The notes beneath the pieces were generated by a model. The model was given only the letters and a program-made list of their open reading frames with translations, was not told the DNA's origin and did no database searches. Below, piece by piece: positions 1 to 13,287 of a stretch of 64,000 nt of DNA. Numbering within the stretch: position 1 is the stretch's first letter; each line of letters opens with the position of its first letter. The DNA is from Octopus sinensis (Eukaryota), in NCBI RefSeq assembly GCF_006345805.1, contig NC_043015.1, positions 31,930,001-31,994,000 on the forward strand, written 5' to 3'. The translations under genes and the position numbers were made by a program.

Positions 1-222
1 GATGAGTTTATGCAACACTGGCATGAGTGCATTTATGAAGCACTGGCATGGGGACTTTTATGTGGCACCGACACCTGAAAGAACAAGCCTGTGTGAGTGG
101 AAGACAGCAATTTTACTTAGCTTGACATTTCTTATCAAGTACAGCAAATCCCCTCATCTCCTGTCCCTTGTCATTCCCTCAGTGAGACCCAGTGTCTGAA
201 GATCCTTTCTCACCCATGTCTT

Positions 223-526
223 GTGGAGGCACATTGCCTAGTGGTTAGAGCAGCGGACTCGCGGTCGAGGGATCGCTGGTTCGAATCTCAGACCGGGCGA
301 TGTGTGTGTTTATGAGCGAAACACCTAAGCTCCACGCAGCTCTGGCAGAAGGCAATGGCGAAACTTCTGCTGACTCTTTCGCCACAACTTTCTCTCACTC
401 TTTCCTCCTGCATCTTGCAGCTCACCTGCGACGGACCGGCGTCCTGTCCAGGTGGGGAACCTATACGCTAATGAAACCGGGAAACAGGTCCTTATGAGTC
501 AGGCATGGCTCGAGAAGGAACAAACA
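223..526 (+). mobile_element. tRNA-headed SINE (family D, V-domain-like tail) inserted into an RTE-like LINE relic
   Basis: A/B-box-like head; 11-bp TSD ACCCATGTCTT at 212-222 and 527-537; the right flank on the minus strand translates to QERRLCWFSHVMHMDED, like an RTE C-terminus. Confidence 0.8.
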
Positions 527-1593
527 ACCCATGTCTTCCTGAGTCTACCCTCTCCACAATTAGAACTCAGCACCTTTTTAGGCAGCTGTCCTCATCCATA
601 TGCATCACATGACTAAACCAGCACAGCCTTCTCTCTTGAACACGTCTGATGCCTCTTATACCCAGTTTTCCCCTTAAATCATTTACGCTCTGTCATGTGT
701 GCATACAGACATTACCCATCCGGTGGAGCATGCTAGCTTCATTTCTTTCAATAGTCTATCAAATCCACTCACCAAGCTGGACTGTGCAGTGGGACTGAAC
801 CCGGAACCACATGGTTGGTAAGCAATATTTTTATGATACACCTTAGCCTGCACCTAGCTGTGTCTACACAGATATCACAGGTATGATAAAGAATAACATA
901 CATGTGTGTGAATGTGTGTGTTTTAAAATCTAGGACAGAAATGATTATCTGCAAATAAAAATCCCATTTTTTTTTTGTCTTTATAATTTTGCTATTGTAT
1001 TTCAAATATTTAATATCAATTACATTTATTTAAGATTTGCAACAACCATTGGCAACCACCGAGAGTCTGTGCCAGGCTCCCAAACTTAAATAACTTTTTC
1101 TTTATATTTAATCAACAATGTGTTCAATATTTTAGAATTTAAAACAACCAAAAATAATCAAATTTGCTGCCCAGTCTACAATATAATTTATTACTATGTT
1201 TGATAAATATGCTATAGATACCAAGCAATTCCTATCTCAGACAATTTGATATTTCATTTCATATTACTATAGTATTTCACTCATCAGATCTTCCTCTTCT
1301 GCTACACATTCACTAACTTTATTCATCTTCTGACTTTGTATTGATATCATAATCTATGTACACCAATAATACTCCCAGCTGAAATGTTATATTTCATGTC
1401 ATAATGTGGGGATTACAGCTTCCACTTTATCTACCAGGATTTAAAATATATTGCATTGAGGCATAGTTTTTAGAATTTAAGTATTATTGACATTTTATGA
1501 TTCGTCTTTTGTTCCATTTTCAGGTATATACATTTTTTAATTTTATAGATTTATTTAAAAACTTATTCATTTTATGGGTGTGTGTGTTTGTAA

Positions 1594-1638
<45 letters not shown>

Positions 1639-1647
1639 CATCCATCC

Positions 1648-1696
<49 letters not shown>

Positions 1697-1707
1697 CTAT
1701 CTGTCTG

Positions 1708-1782
<75 letters not shown>

Positions 1783-1990
1783 GTCTGCCTACCTATCTAT
1801 CTGTCTGTATATATGTGTATGTGTGTGTACACACATACATATATTTACACATATATTTACATATATACACACACATGTATATATGTATGCATGTACATAC
1901 GTACCTACATATCTACCTACTTACTACCTACCTACCTACATACATACATATGTATGTATGTACATACATACTCATATGTATGTATGTGTG
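1594..1990. repeat. (CTAT)n then (ATAC)/(CA)-type compound microsatellite
   Basis: Direct reading. Confidence 0.95.
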
Positions 1991-2209
1991 TATGTGTGTA
2001 TTTTCACATGTGCACACACTTCCAATCCAAAAATCAAATCCTGTCTGTTATTGGTCCTCAAGGCACTGCAGTCAAAAGCTTCAGGCTTAAATGGGAAAGA
2101 AGGGTATAATCAAGGAAAGTAATAAAAGGAAATACATCTCTCTCTCTCTCTCTCTCCACACACACACACATATATATATGCATATGTTTGTATGTATGTG
2201 TGTGTGTGT

Positions 2210-2266
<57 letters not shown>

Positions 2267-2269
<3 letters not shown>

Positions 2270-2570
2270 GAGAAGCAATGGCCCAGTGGTTAGCGCAGCG
2301 AACTCGCGGTTGTAGGATCACGGTTTCGATTCCCAGACCGGGTGTTGTGAGTGTTTATTGAGCGAAAACACCTAAAGCACCACGAGGCTCCGGCACGGGG
2401 TGGTGGCGATCCCTGCTGTACTGTTTCACTACAACTTTCTCTCACTCTTTCTACTGTTGGCCTGCTCACTTAGCCAGCGGGGTGGCATCATTTGAAGGCT
2501 AAAACAATGCAAAGCGCATTGTGACCAGCGATGTGTAACAACATCTGATAGCCTGGTTGGTCACGGTGAT
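2267..2570 (+). mobile_element. tRNA-headed SINE (family D, alternative tail)
   Basis: Near-identical to 55773-56076; shares its 5' ~190 bp with 223-526. Confidence 0.8.
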
Positions 2571-3073
2571 ATATATATATGTAGAAAAAAGTAAGAGAGG
2601 GAGAAGAAACAAACTTCTTCATCCACATTCAAACACGCTTCCCAATATGTCGCTGGGCCGATAGTGTGTTGGGCATTTTTAACATGGTCCTGCACAAGTG
2701 CTCTTACACGGGACTGGCACAAATGCTTTTTATGTGGAATCAGCTCCCGATTCTTGCAGGCCAATCCTCTTCATCAGGGATAGCATCTGACTGTAAGATA
2801 AGACTTCAATAAAAATCTATTATATTAGCATGGAAAAATCGATATTATATCGTTTATCTTTTACTTGTTTTTCATTTGACTGTGGCCATGCTGGAACACC
2901 ACCTTGAAGGCTTTTAGCCAAATAACTCAACCCCAGAACTTTTTTTTAAAGCCCAATACTTATTCTATTGGTCAGTTTTGGGGACATAAACACACCAACA
3001 GTGGTTGTCAAGCAGTGGTAGGGGACAAACACAGACACAAAGACATGTCGATATTGGTACATATATATATATA

Positions 3074-3490
3074 TACTCTTTTACTCTTTTACTTGTTTCA
3101 GTCATTTGACTGTGGCCATGCTGGAGCACCGCCTTTAGTCGAGCAAATCGACCCCGGGACTTATTCTTTGTAAGCCCAGTACTTATTCTATCGGTCTCTT
3201 TTGCCGAACTGCTAAGTGACAGGGACGTAAACACACCAGCATCGGTTGTTAAGCAATGCTAGGGGGACAAACACACACACACAAACACACACACATACAC
3301 ATATATATATATATATATACATATATACGACAGGCTTCTTTCAGTTTCCGTCTACCAAATCCACTCACAAGGCATTGGTCAGCCCGGGGTTATAGAGAAG
3401 ACACTTGCCCAAGATGCCATGCAGTGGGACTGAACCCGGAACCATGTGGTTGGTAAACAAGCTACTTACCACACAGCCACTACTGTGCCT
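3074..3490 (-). mobile_element. tRNA-headed SINE (family A) with internal microsatellite and GAAACAAGTAAAAGAGT tail
   Basis: Full copies also at about 45086-45463(-), 53145-53500(-), 62172-62548(-) and 49112-49460(+); many half copies. Confidence 0.8.
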
Positions 3491-3828
3491 ATATATATAT
3501 ATATATAAATTTTAAATGAGGGTGAAAAATTGGATATTAATTTGATTAACATCAATTTAAAACCTTTTCAATAGTTTTGAGTCAAAACTATTAAAAAGGT
3601 TGCAAGACAACGAAAATTTTGGGAAAATAAAAATAAGGAAAAAAAGTGGAAATTTTTCCAGTGAGTGTGTTATGAGGCACAAAAAGAAAATGACTCTCTC
3701 CAGACACAACAGAATATGCTTCAACACACGAACTCATATAAAGAATCTTGCAAACCAAATCCAAAAACGAAATAAATATATATATATATATACGCATAAG
3801 TGTGTGTGTGTATGTGTGTGTGTGTGTT

Positions 3829-3868
<40 letters not shown>

Positions 3869-4062
3869 TATAAATATAATTCCTTAAAAAGTGTTTACTC
3901 TACAATAAATATTTATATTTTGTTGTACAATACAGCTTTTGTTTTGTTTTTATACTAACTTGCTTCATGAAATGTGAGTGTGCGTGCATGTATTCATAAG
4001 CATGTGGCACACAGTAAAAGACAAATCTTACTTTATCCACATGTGGTGTGTATGTATATGTA

Positions 4063-4087
4063 TACATACATACATGGAGGCATACAT

Positions 4088-4120
<33 letters not shown>

Positions 4121-4430
4121 TACACACACACATACATACATACGTACATACATACATACAATACACACACATATACATACATACATACATACGTACATAC
4201 ATACGTACATACATACATATATACATACATACATACATAAATACATACATACATACGTACATACATACATACATACATACATACATACATACATACATAA
4301 TACATACATACATACATGCATACACACACACATACATACACGTGTGTGTGTGTGTGGTGTGTGTGTGTGTGTGTGTGTCTGTCTGTGTGTGTGTGTGTGT
4401 GTGTGTCTCTGTCTGTCTGTGTGTGTGTGC
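4063..4430. repeat. (ATAC)n followed by (GT)n microsatellite
   Basis: Direct reading. Confidence 0.95.
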
Positions 4431-4834
4431 ATGCATTCATGATCATGTAATTTAATAAAGTATGAGCCGACCTCCTTGTCATAGACTCCAGCTTGAATAC
4501 AAAGCTACTTATTCTTATATTAAACCATACAGCTTACATCTTTGTTATAAAGTAAAACATTTTGGAGGCCTCTGGAATATATACTAAGCAGACTTGACAA
4601 ACGTTATTCTATATATCTGCTTGAAATCTCTTCCAAATTTCTTCAATTATTCTAGCATGATGTCACTTTGCAAATGTTAAGCACTTTCATTTTATGTTTC
4701 AGAAACCAGAATCGTTTTTTGCCTTCAAAAGCTTTGACTGAATAACGAAAACGAATACACTCGTTCATCTCTTAATTCCTGTCTTGCCTTATACGGACTG
4801 TGGTAGTGCCACGTGCACGTCAACAGATGGGCCT

Positions 4835-5825
4835 ATATACATGCATACATACATGCATGCATACATACATACATACGTACATACATACATACGTACATAC
4901 ATACATGCATACATGCAAAGATACATACATACATACAAACATACATACATACAAACATACATATATACATGCATACATACATACATACATACATACATGC
5001 ATGCATGTATACATACATACATACATACATACATACATACATGTAAACATACATACATACATACATACATACATGCAAACATACATACATACATACATAC
5101 ATACATGCATACATACATACATACATACATACATACATACATACATGCATGCATGCGTGCATGCATACATACATACATACATACATACATACATACATAC
5201 ATGCATGCATGCGTGCATGCATACATACATACATACATGCATGCATACATATATACATGCATACATACATATATACATGCATACATACATACATGCATGC
5301 ATACGTACATACATACATGCATGCATGCATACATACATACATACATACATACATACATACATACATACATACATGCATACATACATACACACACACATAC
5401 ATACATATGTACATGCATACATACATACACACACACATACATACATACATACATGCATACATACATACATACATACATACATACTTGCATATATATATAT
5501 ACATGCATACATACATACATACATACATACGTACATACATACATACATGCATGCATGCATACATACATACATACATACATGCATACATACATACATACAT
5601 ACAAACATACATACATACACACACACACATACATACATACATAATACATACATACATACATACATACATACATAATACATACATACATGCATACATACAT
5701 AACATACATACATACTACATACATGCATACATACATACATAATACATACACACATACATACATACACACATACACACATACAAACATACATACATATATA
5801 CACACATACATACATACATACATAT
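4835..5825. repeat. ~1-kb (ATAC)n/(ATGC)n tetranucleotide array
   Basis: Direct reading. Confidence 0.95.
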
Positions 5826-5826
5826 A

Positions 5827-6470
5827 TGAGGGTGTACCCAAAAGAAACTGGAATTTTGCAGTGCTATTTTATTCACTAAGTTTTACATGTTTACCCTTTT
5901 ATCTCCTTCAAACTATTCTCCATTTGAAGCAATGCATCAGTCCAGATGTGACCTCCACTTTTCAAAGCAGTGCTGGAATTCTTGCGAAGTGACGCCTTTT
6001 AACATTTCTGTTGTTTTTTGACTCCACCTCTTCCACATCTGCAAATTCTATAGCATCAGCTTTTCTCGCCAGTGATGACCTCCAAAAAAAATGGTTTGGA
6101 TCCACTTCCAACTGTTCTTTCAGTTCATGACAGGCATTCAGTCATGACTGCTTTTGGTCTTCTGCGAGTAAGCGAGGCACTAATTTTGCCGTAACTCTCT
6201 TCCTTTGCAATTCCTCATTCACAATTCATTGACAGGAGCTCTAAGGATACACCTGTTATATCAACAAGTTCTTCAGTTGCTTGGTGACAGTCCACCAAGA
6301 TCAGTTCATGAATTTTCACAATGTTTTCATTTGTTCGTGAGGTTGATTGTCACCCTGCACAAGGTTGGTCTTCAAGCAACAAGTGACCATTCTAGAAGCG
6401 TAGAAACCACTTGTAAACTTGTGTTTTGCTGACGGCAGCATCCTTGTAAGCTGTTTGAAGCATGACAACT
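5827..6470 (-). mobile_element. Internally deleted mariner transposon relic
   Basis: TA + TGAGGGTGTACCCAAAAG terminus; degenerate translation KTQVYKWFLRF, KLVPRLL, EVITGEKS, QEFQHCFEKW..CIASNGE. Confidence 0.8.
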
Positions 6471-7497
6471 GTTTTGGCTGCTGTATTGGTGGAGGAAGTC
6501 TTGGCAAAGCAAGTGGTAATCGAAAGAGGGTGACATAGTGAAACATAGAGAGAGAGAGACCGACAGAGTAAAATAGAGAGAGAGAGGGAAGGGAAGTGGT
6601 CAAGAACACATGGGAGGAAATATTTTGGGGGATCTGCTTAGCATAGTTTAATGAGACAGCAAATGTTGATAATAGTAAAACAGACTTGAAAAATCTGAGA
6701 GTTCTCTGTCAGACAGTGAAATTGGAATTGAAACCAAATTTGATGACTGGCATCCGTGCTTGTGGAGCACTAAGAGCACCATCCAAGCGTGACCATTGCC
6801 AGAGCAGCCAACTGGCGTTCGTGCTGGTGGCACGTAAAAAGCACCATTTCAGTGTGATCATTACCAGTGTCGCCTTGCTGGCACTTGTGCAGGTGACATG
6901 TAAAAAAAAACACGATTTTCCATGACAGTTGCCAGTACTGCCTAACTGGCCCTCATGCTGGTGGCATGTAAAAGCACCCACTACTCTCTCGGAGTGGTTG
7001 GCATTAGGAAGGGCATCCAGCTGTAGAAACTCTGCCAGATCGAGATTGGAGCCTGGTGCAGCCATCTGGTTCACCAGTCCTCAGTCAAATCGTCCAACCC
7101 ATGCTAGCATGGAAAGCGGACGTTAAATGATGATGATGATGATGATGATTGTTGCTATTATGCAAAAGTGTTGTAAGTCCAAAACGATGCTTTTTCAGAA
7201 AATGATAGTTTGACCAAATGAACCACCTATTGCAAGCAAAAAAAATATTGAAAAAAAAACCCCATTTGGCCAAATTTGGACATATGACAGTTTAATATAA
7301 TAGCAATGATATATACATTTTCATGTATATAGACGTTTTATCTTTTACTTGCTTTTCTCTGTGGACTGTGGCTATGCTGCCTTGAAGAGTGTTAGTCAGA
7401 CGAATTAACCTGCATACTTATATTTTGTTTTAAGTCTCGTATACATTCTACTGGTCACTTTTGCTGAACTACTAAGTTATGGGAATCAAACACAAAG

Positions 7498-7559
<62 letters not shown>

Positions 7560-7565
7560 TATATA

Positions 7566-7854
7566 TCTTTATATATAAAAGTGAAGTTGTGTGAATGTCT
7601 GTCTCCTACGATTAAATTCCTAACTACTCCCACATTTTGCGGTGCAGTTTAACCAAAAGCGGGTATCTTATAGTCGTGATTCATATTGAGCCCTTCTGGG
7701 TATTAGCATGAGTCTACGATTTAAAAAAAATTTACCATAATTTTTTCCCATTTTTAACGCATTTTTTTGCTATTATATAAGGGAAGTAACTCTCTAAAAA
7801 TGCTTAAATAGTTATTTCCCTACAAACCCGAGCAACGCCGGGCGATACTGCTAG
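7566..7854 (+). mobile_element. Non-autonomous Helitron
   Basis: A|TC start, 3' hairpin CCCGAGCAACGCCGGG, then CTAG|T. Confidence 0.8.
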
Positions 7855-7857
7855 TTT

Positions 7858-7919
<62 letters not shown>

Positions 7920-8166
7920 ATATATATAGGTAAACAGTAAAAATAATTACAGACATGGACAAGAACATGAAACACCACAGAGACGACACAAGAACCACAG
8001 GACGGGACATTCGAAGCCCTCAGTCATCAGTCAAGAACCAGATCATCTTAGCAATTTCGGCACAAATAAGAAAATGGAGAAACAAATTTAGTTTGTTCAT
8101 CAACTTACGGATATTAGAATGTTGGATTATTTATTTGGGTTACACCCATAACCCCTACCTTACTTT

Positions 8167-8209
<43 letters not shown>

Positions 8210-8504
8210 GACAGGTTTCTTTCATTTTCCATCTATCAAATGCAGTCACAAGGTTTTGGTTGGTTCAGAGTTATGGTAGAGGATGCTTGCCCCTAATCCA
8301 AAGATTATGAAAATTGGTCATATTAATAGGACTCAATATGCGGTAATGTGCTTTGAGATATTCTATTTAAACAATTAGTGTTGGACACTTGTACAAACAT
8401 TTCAGATCCATTTGATTCATATCAGGGACATAACGAGGATTTAAATAGATTTGAAATGTTTGTACAAGTGTGCAGGCACTATTTTCACAGATAGACAGAT
8501 AGTC

Positions 8505-8990
8505 ACACACACACACATGCACACATACATACATACGTACTTACATACATACATACACACATACGTGCATACATACATACATACATACACACATGCATTC
8601 ATGCACACATACACACATACATACATGCACACATACATACATACACACATACATACATACATACACACATACATACATGCATTCATGCACACATACACAC
8701 ATACATACATGCACACATACATGCATACATGCACACATGCATACATACATACATACATGCACACATACATACATACATGCACACATGCACACATACATAC
8801 ATACACACACACACATACATACATACATACATACATACACACATACATACATGCACACATACATACGTACATACATACATACATACATACATACATACAT
8901 ACATACATGCACACATACATACACACATACATACATACATGCATACATACATACATACATACATACACGCATACATACATACATGTGTGT
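8505..8990. repeat. (ATAC)n/(ACAC)n array
   Basis: Direct reading. Confidence 0.95.
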
Positions 8991-9456
8991 GCGGAGAGAA
9001 AGAGAGAGAGTGACGGACATAAAGTGAAATGTGTATGATGTTGGGAGGAAAAAAAAGTAAGATTTACAAAGTTAAATATTTTAAGTTGAAGTGTGATCTC
9101 ATTATGTAAACGAGCATGAGTAATAATTTTAATCATCACAGAATTCCAGTGGAAAGTCAGTGCTTTTATAAAAGTGTCAGTATTTCTATGGATATCGCAT
9201 TAAGATAGGATAAATATAGATGCATCCTTCTTTTTATCTATATTTATCACATCTCATTTCTTGCTTGTGTCAGTCATTGGAGTGTGGTCATGCTGGGGCA
9301 CTGACTTGAAGGGTTTAGTCAAAGTGACTCCTGTGCATATGGTTTTTTTGAAGTCCTGGTACTTATTTCATTAGACCCTTTTGCTAAACTGCTGAGCTGC
9401 AGGGACATAAACAAACGCAACGACACAAACATACATGCAGACAAACAGGCAGATAT

Positions 9457-10000
9457 CCTCCTCATCATCATCGTCGTCGTCGTCGTCATCATCATCATCG
9501 TCGTCATCATCATTGTCGTCATCATCATCATCGTCATCATCATCATCATCGTCATCATCATCATCGCCATCATCATCATTGTCGTCATCATCATTGTCGT
9601 CATCATCATTATTGTTGTCATCATCATCATCGTCGTCATCATCATCATCATCGTCATCATCATCATCGTCGTCATCATCATTGTCGTCATCATCATCATC
9701 ATCGTCGTCGTCATCATCATCATCATCGTTGTCATCGTCGTCATCATCATCATCATCGTAATCATCGTCGTCATCATCATCATCATCGTCGTCATCATCA
9801 TCGTCGTCATCATCATCGTTGTCATCATCATCGTCGTCATCATCATCATCGTCGTCATCATCATTGTCGTCATCATCATCATCGTCATCATCATCGTCGT
9901 CATCATCATTGTCGTCATCATCATCATCATCGTCGTCGTCGTCATCATCATCATCGTTGTCATCGTCGTTGTCATCTTCATCATCATCATCATCATCATC
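9457..10000. repeat. ~540-bp (TCA/TCG)n trinucleotide array, expanded tail of a minus-strand family B element
   Basis: Abuts the family B 3' end at 10001. Confidence 0.9.
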
Positions 10001-10329
10001 ATTATTTAATGTCTGTTTTCCATGGGTTGGATGGTTTGACTGGAGCTGGCAAGGCCAGAGAGCCGTACCAGGCTCCGTTGTCTGTTTTGGCATGATTTCT
10101 ACAGCTGGATGTCCTTCCTAATGCCAATCATATTACAGAGTGGCACTGGGTGCTTTTTTGTGTGGCACCAACACCATTGTTTTTAATGTGACACCTGTGC
10201 AAGTGCTTTCTATACTGGCAGATCCATTTGATTCCCATCAGGGACATAATGAGAATTTAAATAGATTTGAACTGCAAGTGCTTTTTATACTTTTCGGAAT
10301 CGAAATTGAACCAATCCTATGACTGGCAC

Positions 10330-10742
10330 CTGGCAGATGCCAGGACCCCTGGACTGGAGATACGTAAAAAGCACTATCCGAATCGTGGCCGATGCCAGCG
10401 CCGCCTCGACTGGCTTCCGTGTCGGTGGCACGTAAAAAGCACCATCCAAATCGTGGCCAAAGCCAGTGCCACCTCGACTGGCTTCCGTGCAGGTGGCACG
10501 TAAAATGCACCAATCCAACCATGGCCGATGCCAGCCTCGCCTGGCTCCAGTGCAGGTGGCACGTAAAAAGCACCCACTACACTCACGGAGTGGTTGGCGT
10601 TAGGAAGGGCATCCAGCTGTAGAAACATTGCCAGATAAGACCGGAGCCTGGTGCAGCCTTCTGGCTTCCCAGATCCCCGGTCGAACCGTCCAACCCATGC
10701 TAGCATGGAGAACGGACGCTAAACGATGATGATGATGATGAT
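10330..10742 (+). mobile_element. (GAT)n-tailed retroposon (family B) with internal tandem units
   Basis: Shared 3' block ...GGAAGGGCATCCAGCTGTAGAAAC...CCAACCCATGCTAGCATGGA...AAACGATGATGAT. Other + copies at about 6745-7149, 21640-21957, 22995-23361, 38394-38553, 43735-44016, 46350-46553 and 51355-51503. Confidence 0.8.
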
Positions 10743-12267
10743 GAATGTGGCACTAGTGCAAATGCTGAATCTTTTCGCTTTGACCGATTTGTGTGTTTTA
10801 TCTCACCTGTATTACGATCTCCTCATAGAGTTTCTTATATACTTAATTGTGTCTTTTATCCCACCTGTAATACAATACAACCTCTTTATTCTGTTGCCCT
10901 TTGTATCATTTATATTATCTTCTTCCATTACTGTATGCTTACATTGTCATGCTGTGTATAATTTATTTTATCTCACCTCTGTTACGATATCCTTATATTG
11001 TCACACTCTTATTTCACTTATTTTATCTCACCTGTATTACATCTTTATACTGTTACACTTTTATATCATTTCTTTTACTTCACCTGTATTACAATTTGAC
11101 CTAACTTACATTTTCTGTCAAATGCTATATTCTTAAATCCATGCAATCCAGTCTATATATATATATATATATATACGTCTTTTGCTTCTATAAGCTATAG
11201 GAGAAAAAGTGACTCCATTTTGTCTCCGATTCCCACCCACACATCCACTGTCCATCCAAATTCAAGTACCAAGCTAACCTTTTAAAAAATCTATTAATAC
11301 AAACCATTCAACCTTTTGACAAAGTGCTTCTGTCAATCCGAATCTGCAAACATAATTCTTGACTTTCTCGTTAGATATTTTTTCTTTGTTGCTAATTCGT
11401 TTAGCTTATGAGATCTGTTTTATAACAGCACCTGCTTCAAGACAACTCTTCTTACTTATGACTGTACCAGCTCTTTGACAACATATAGATGTTGATAATA
11501 TCTATATACTTTAGAATAAAGTTTGCGTCATAACAAAACTCATTATAAAAATCTAGTTTTTGACAAGATTTGCTTCATGAAAATATTTTGTTTAGGATAA
11601 AATCTTCTTTATGATAAGATGTGGTCCATAATAAAATGTGTTGTATGACAAGATCTTGTTACCGATAAGCATTCCAGGATTAACTAATAAGCAAGCCAAG
11701 CATATGCTTAGGGCACCAAGGAGTAGGGGGAACAGAGTCTCTTTCCGGTACAAGACAATAGAATTTTAATACTGAAGTATTTTATGATGCATTTTAAACT
11801 TGGGAATGTAACAAAATCAGAATCCATTAACTACTGCAAAGAACAACCTCTACAGGGTAAATTCACAGATTCTAATTTTGGAAAAATTATTTACAAATTT
11901 TTGTATTTGTATTTTTTCCCATATAGCATTTAAAAAAAAAATAATTAATTAAAAAGTGTGGTTAAGAAACTTGCTAGCCAGTCATATGGTTTTGGGTTCA
12001 GTCCCACCGTATGGCATTTTAGGGATGGTCTTCGTGCAAGGATTTGATGGATGGAAACTGAAAGAAGCCCATTGTATACGTGTGTTGATGTCTCCTTATC
12101 TTCCTAGCATGATAGTTGTAAATGAGTGTCATTGCCAAACAAGCAGTGTCCTTCTTTGCAATCTTCTATGAAAATATATCTGGCCATTGAGAAAGAATTT
12201 TTGTATTTTGTTCCTATTGCTCTGGTCATAAGTAAATAATTTGTTTATATTGCTTGTTGCTATTTAA

Positions 12268-12458
12268 CCCTTTTGTTACCATATTTGTGTTGAAATAGAC
12301 TACATTAAGTTTGAAAATAATGAAGAATTTAATACAAAAACCATTATTAAGTTGGTATCTGGAACATGAATTACCAAGGTTTTAACTTACATCACAATAA
12401 AAAAAGGATGGTTGTATCAAAATCTGAAGAAGTCTCAAATGGATTGCTTATAAAAGGG
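12268..12458. mobile_element. Second TTAA-flanked MITE family
   Basis: TTAA|CCCTTTT...AAAAGGG|TTAA; 5' half also near 51000. Confidence 0.65.
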
Positions 12459-13287
12459 TTAATATTAAAGAAATATAAATAAAAGATGCTATAATTAATA
12501 TGGTTGTGCCCTGGTGGATAGTCTGAAAGAAAATTTTAAATCGTTTTTACATCCAGCACCAATTGTCTTGTTAGACAATGAAAATATCAACCTACCAATG
12601 GGGTACCAATGTTGGGCAGTGCTTAGAACACCAGTTGACTTTGATCTGGCCATGCTGACAAAATCTATTTTATGATGAAGTCTGGTTTGTCACAAGATGT
12701 AATCTTTAACAAGATTTAGTCTATAAGATCTATTTTATGACAAAATCTGTTTACTTCTCTGTTCTGCCATTATTGAGGCGTTTCTTATTCCCTTATTTCT
12801 CCTTCTGTACAGTCCTTATTATGTCCAACTCCCACATCTTACACTAACCAATATATCTTGTTCTTGCCTCACAGAACATTGGCCCTCTAGAATTCCTTCC
12901 CAACAGGTGTTGATTTACAAAGGAACATTCATGGATCCAGCGTTGCAAAGAACATTGACATTAGCATGCTGGGCAAAATGCTTGGTTATATTTCATTCAT
13001 CTTTACATTCTGAGTTCAAATTCAACTTGATTCAAGTTGATTTTGCCTTTCACCCTTTCAGGGTTGATAAAATAAGCACCAGTTGAGCAGTGGGGTTGAT
13101 ATAATCAACTTGCACTGTTACCCCAAATTGCTGGCCTTGTGCCAAAATTTGAAACCAATATTTGACTTACAAGGCCTGTCTGAATTAATTAATGACAAGA
13201 TCAAATTTACATCCCCCATCCTTCCAGGCCTGTTTCTTTGCCCTAATGGCCTTGTCTACTGTACTATTCCACCACCATGTAACTCTA

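Noticed and set aside
223-300. tRNA-like heads of SINEs (also at 2267, 50537, 55773 and 62750) as tRNA genes
   Set aside because: No complete cloverleaf; they continue into repeat bodies with tails and TSDs.
1187-1437. Possible minus-strand terminal exon (IMISIQSQKMNKVSECVAEEEDLMSEIL* or LGVLLVYIDYDINTKSEDE*) with AATAAA downstream
   Set aside because: No recognisable homology and no upstream exons could be linked; the frame has several stops just upstream.
4703-4800. Strong-looking acceptor TTTTATGTTTCAG followed by unique sequence
   Set aside because: Stops in all three frames within 40 nt and no linked exons; a non-coding exon cannot be excluded.
4784-5841. Long ORFs (up to 350 aa) rich in YIHT/MYVC, also at 1497-2122, 3900-4482, 8441-9139 and 18062-18559
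   Set aside because: Open frames are a by-product of (ATAC)n, (CTAT)n and (TA/CA)n arrays; no splice or homology support.
7995-8060. Minus-strand CTGATGA...GAAT as a possible hammerhead
   Set aside because: No stem I pairing and no proper GAAA; element truncated.
9371-10093. 240-aa poly-Asp ORF resembling acidic shell proteins
   Set aside because: Its N-terminus is family B retroposon sequence and the Asp run is that element's expanded (GAT)n tail; no signal peptide.
10796-11095. CRISPR-like repeat-spacer appearance
   Set aside because: Eukaryotic context, degenerate repeats, mutually related spacers, no cas genes.
11280-11510. Coding-looking minus-strand frame (ILSTSICCQRAG...FGLTEALCQK)
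   Set aside because: Internal stop, no family I can name; possibly an old LINE relic.
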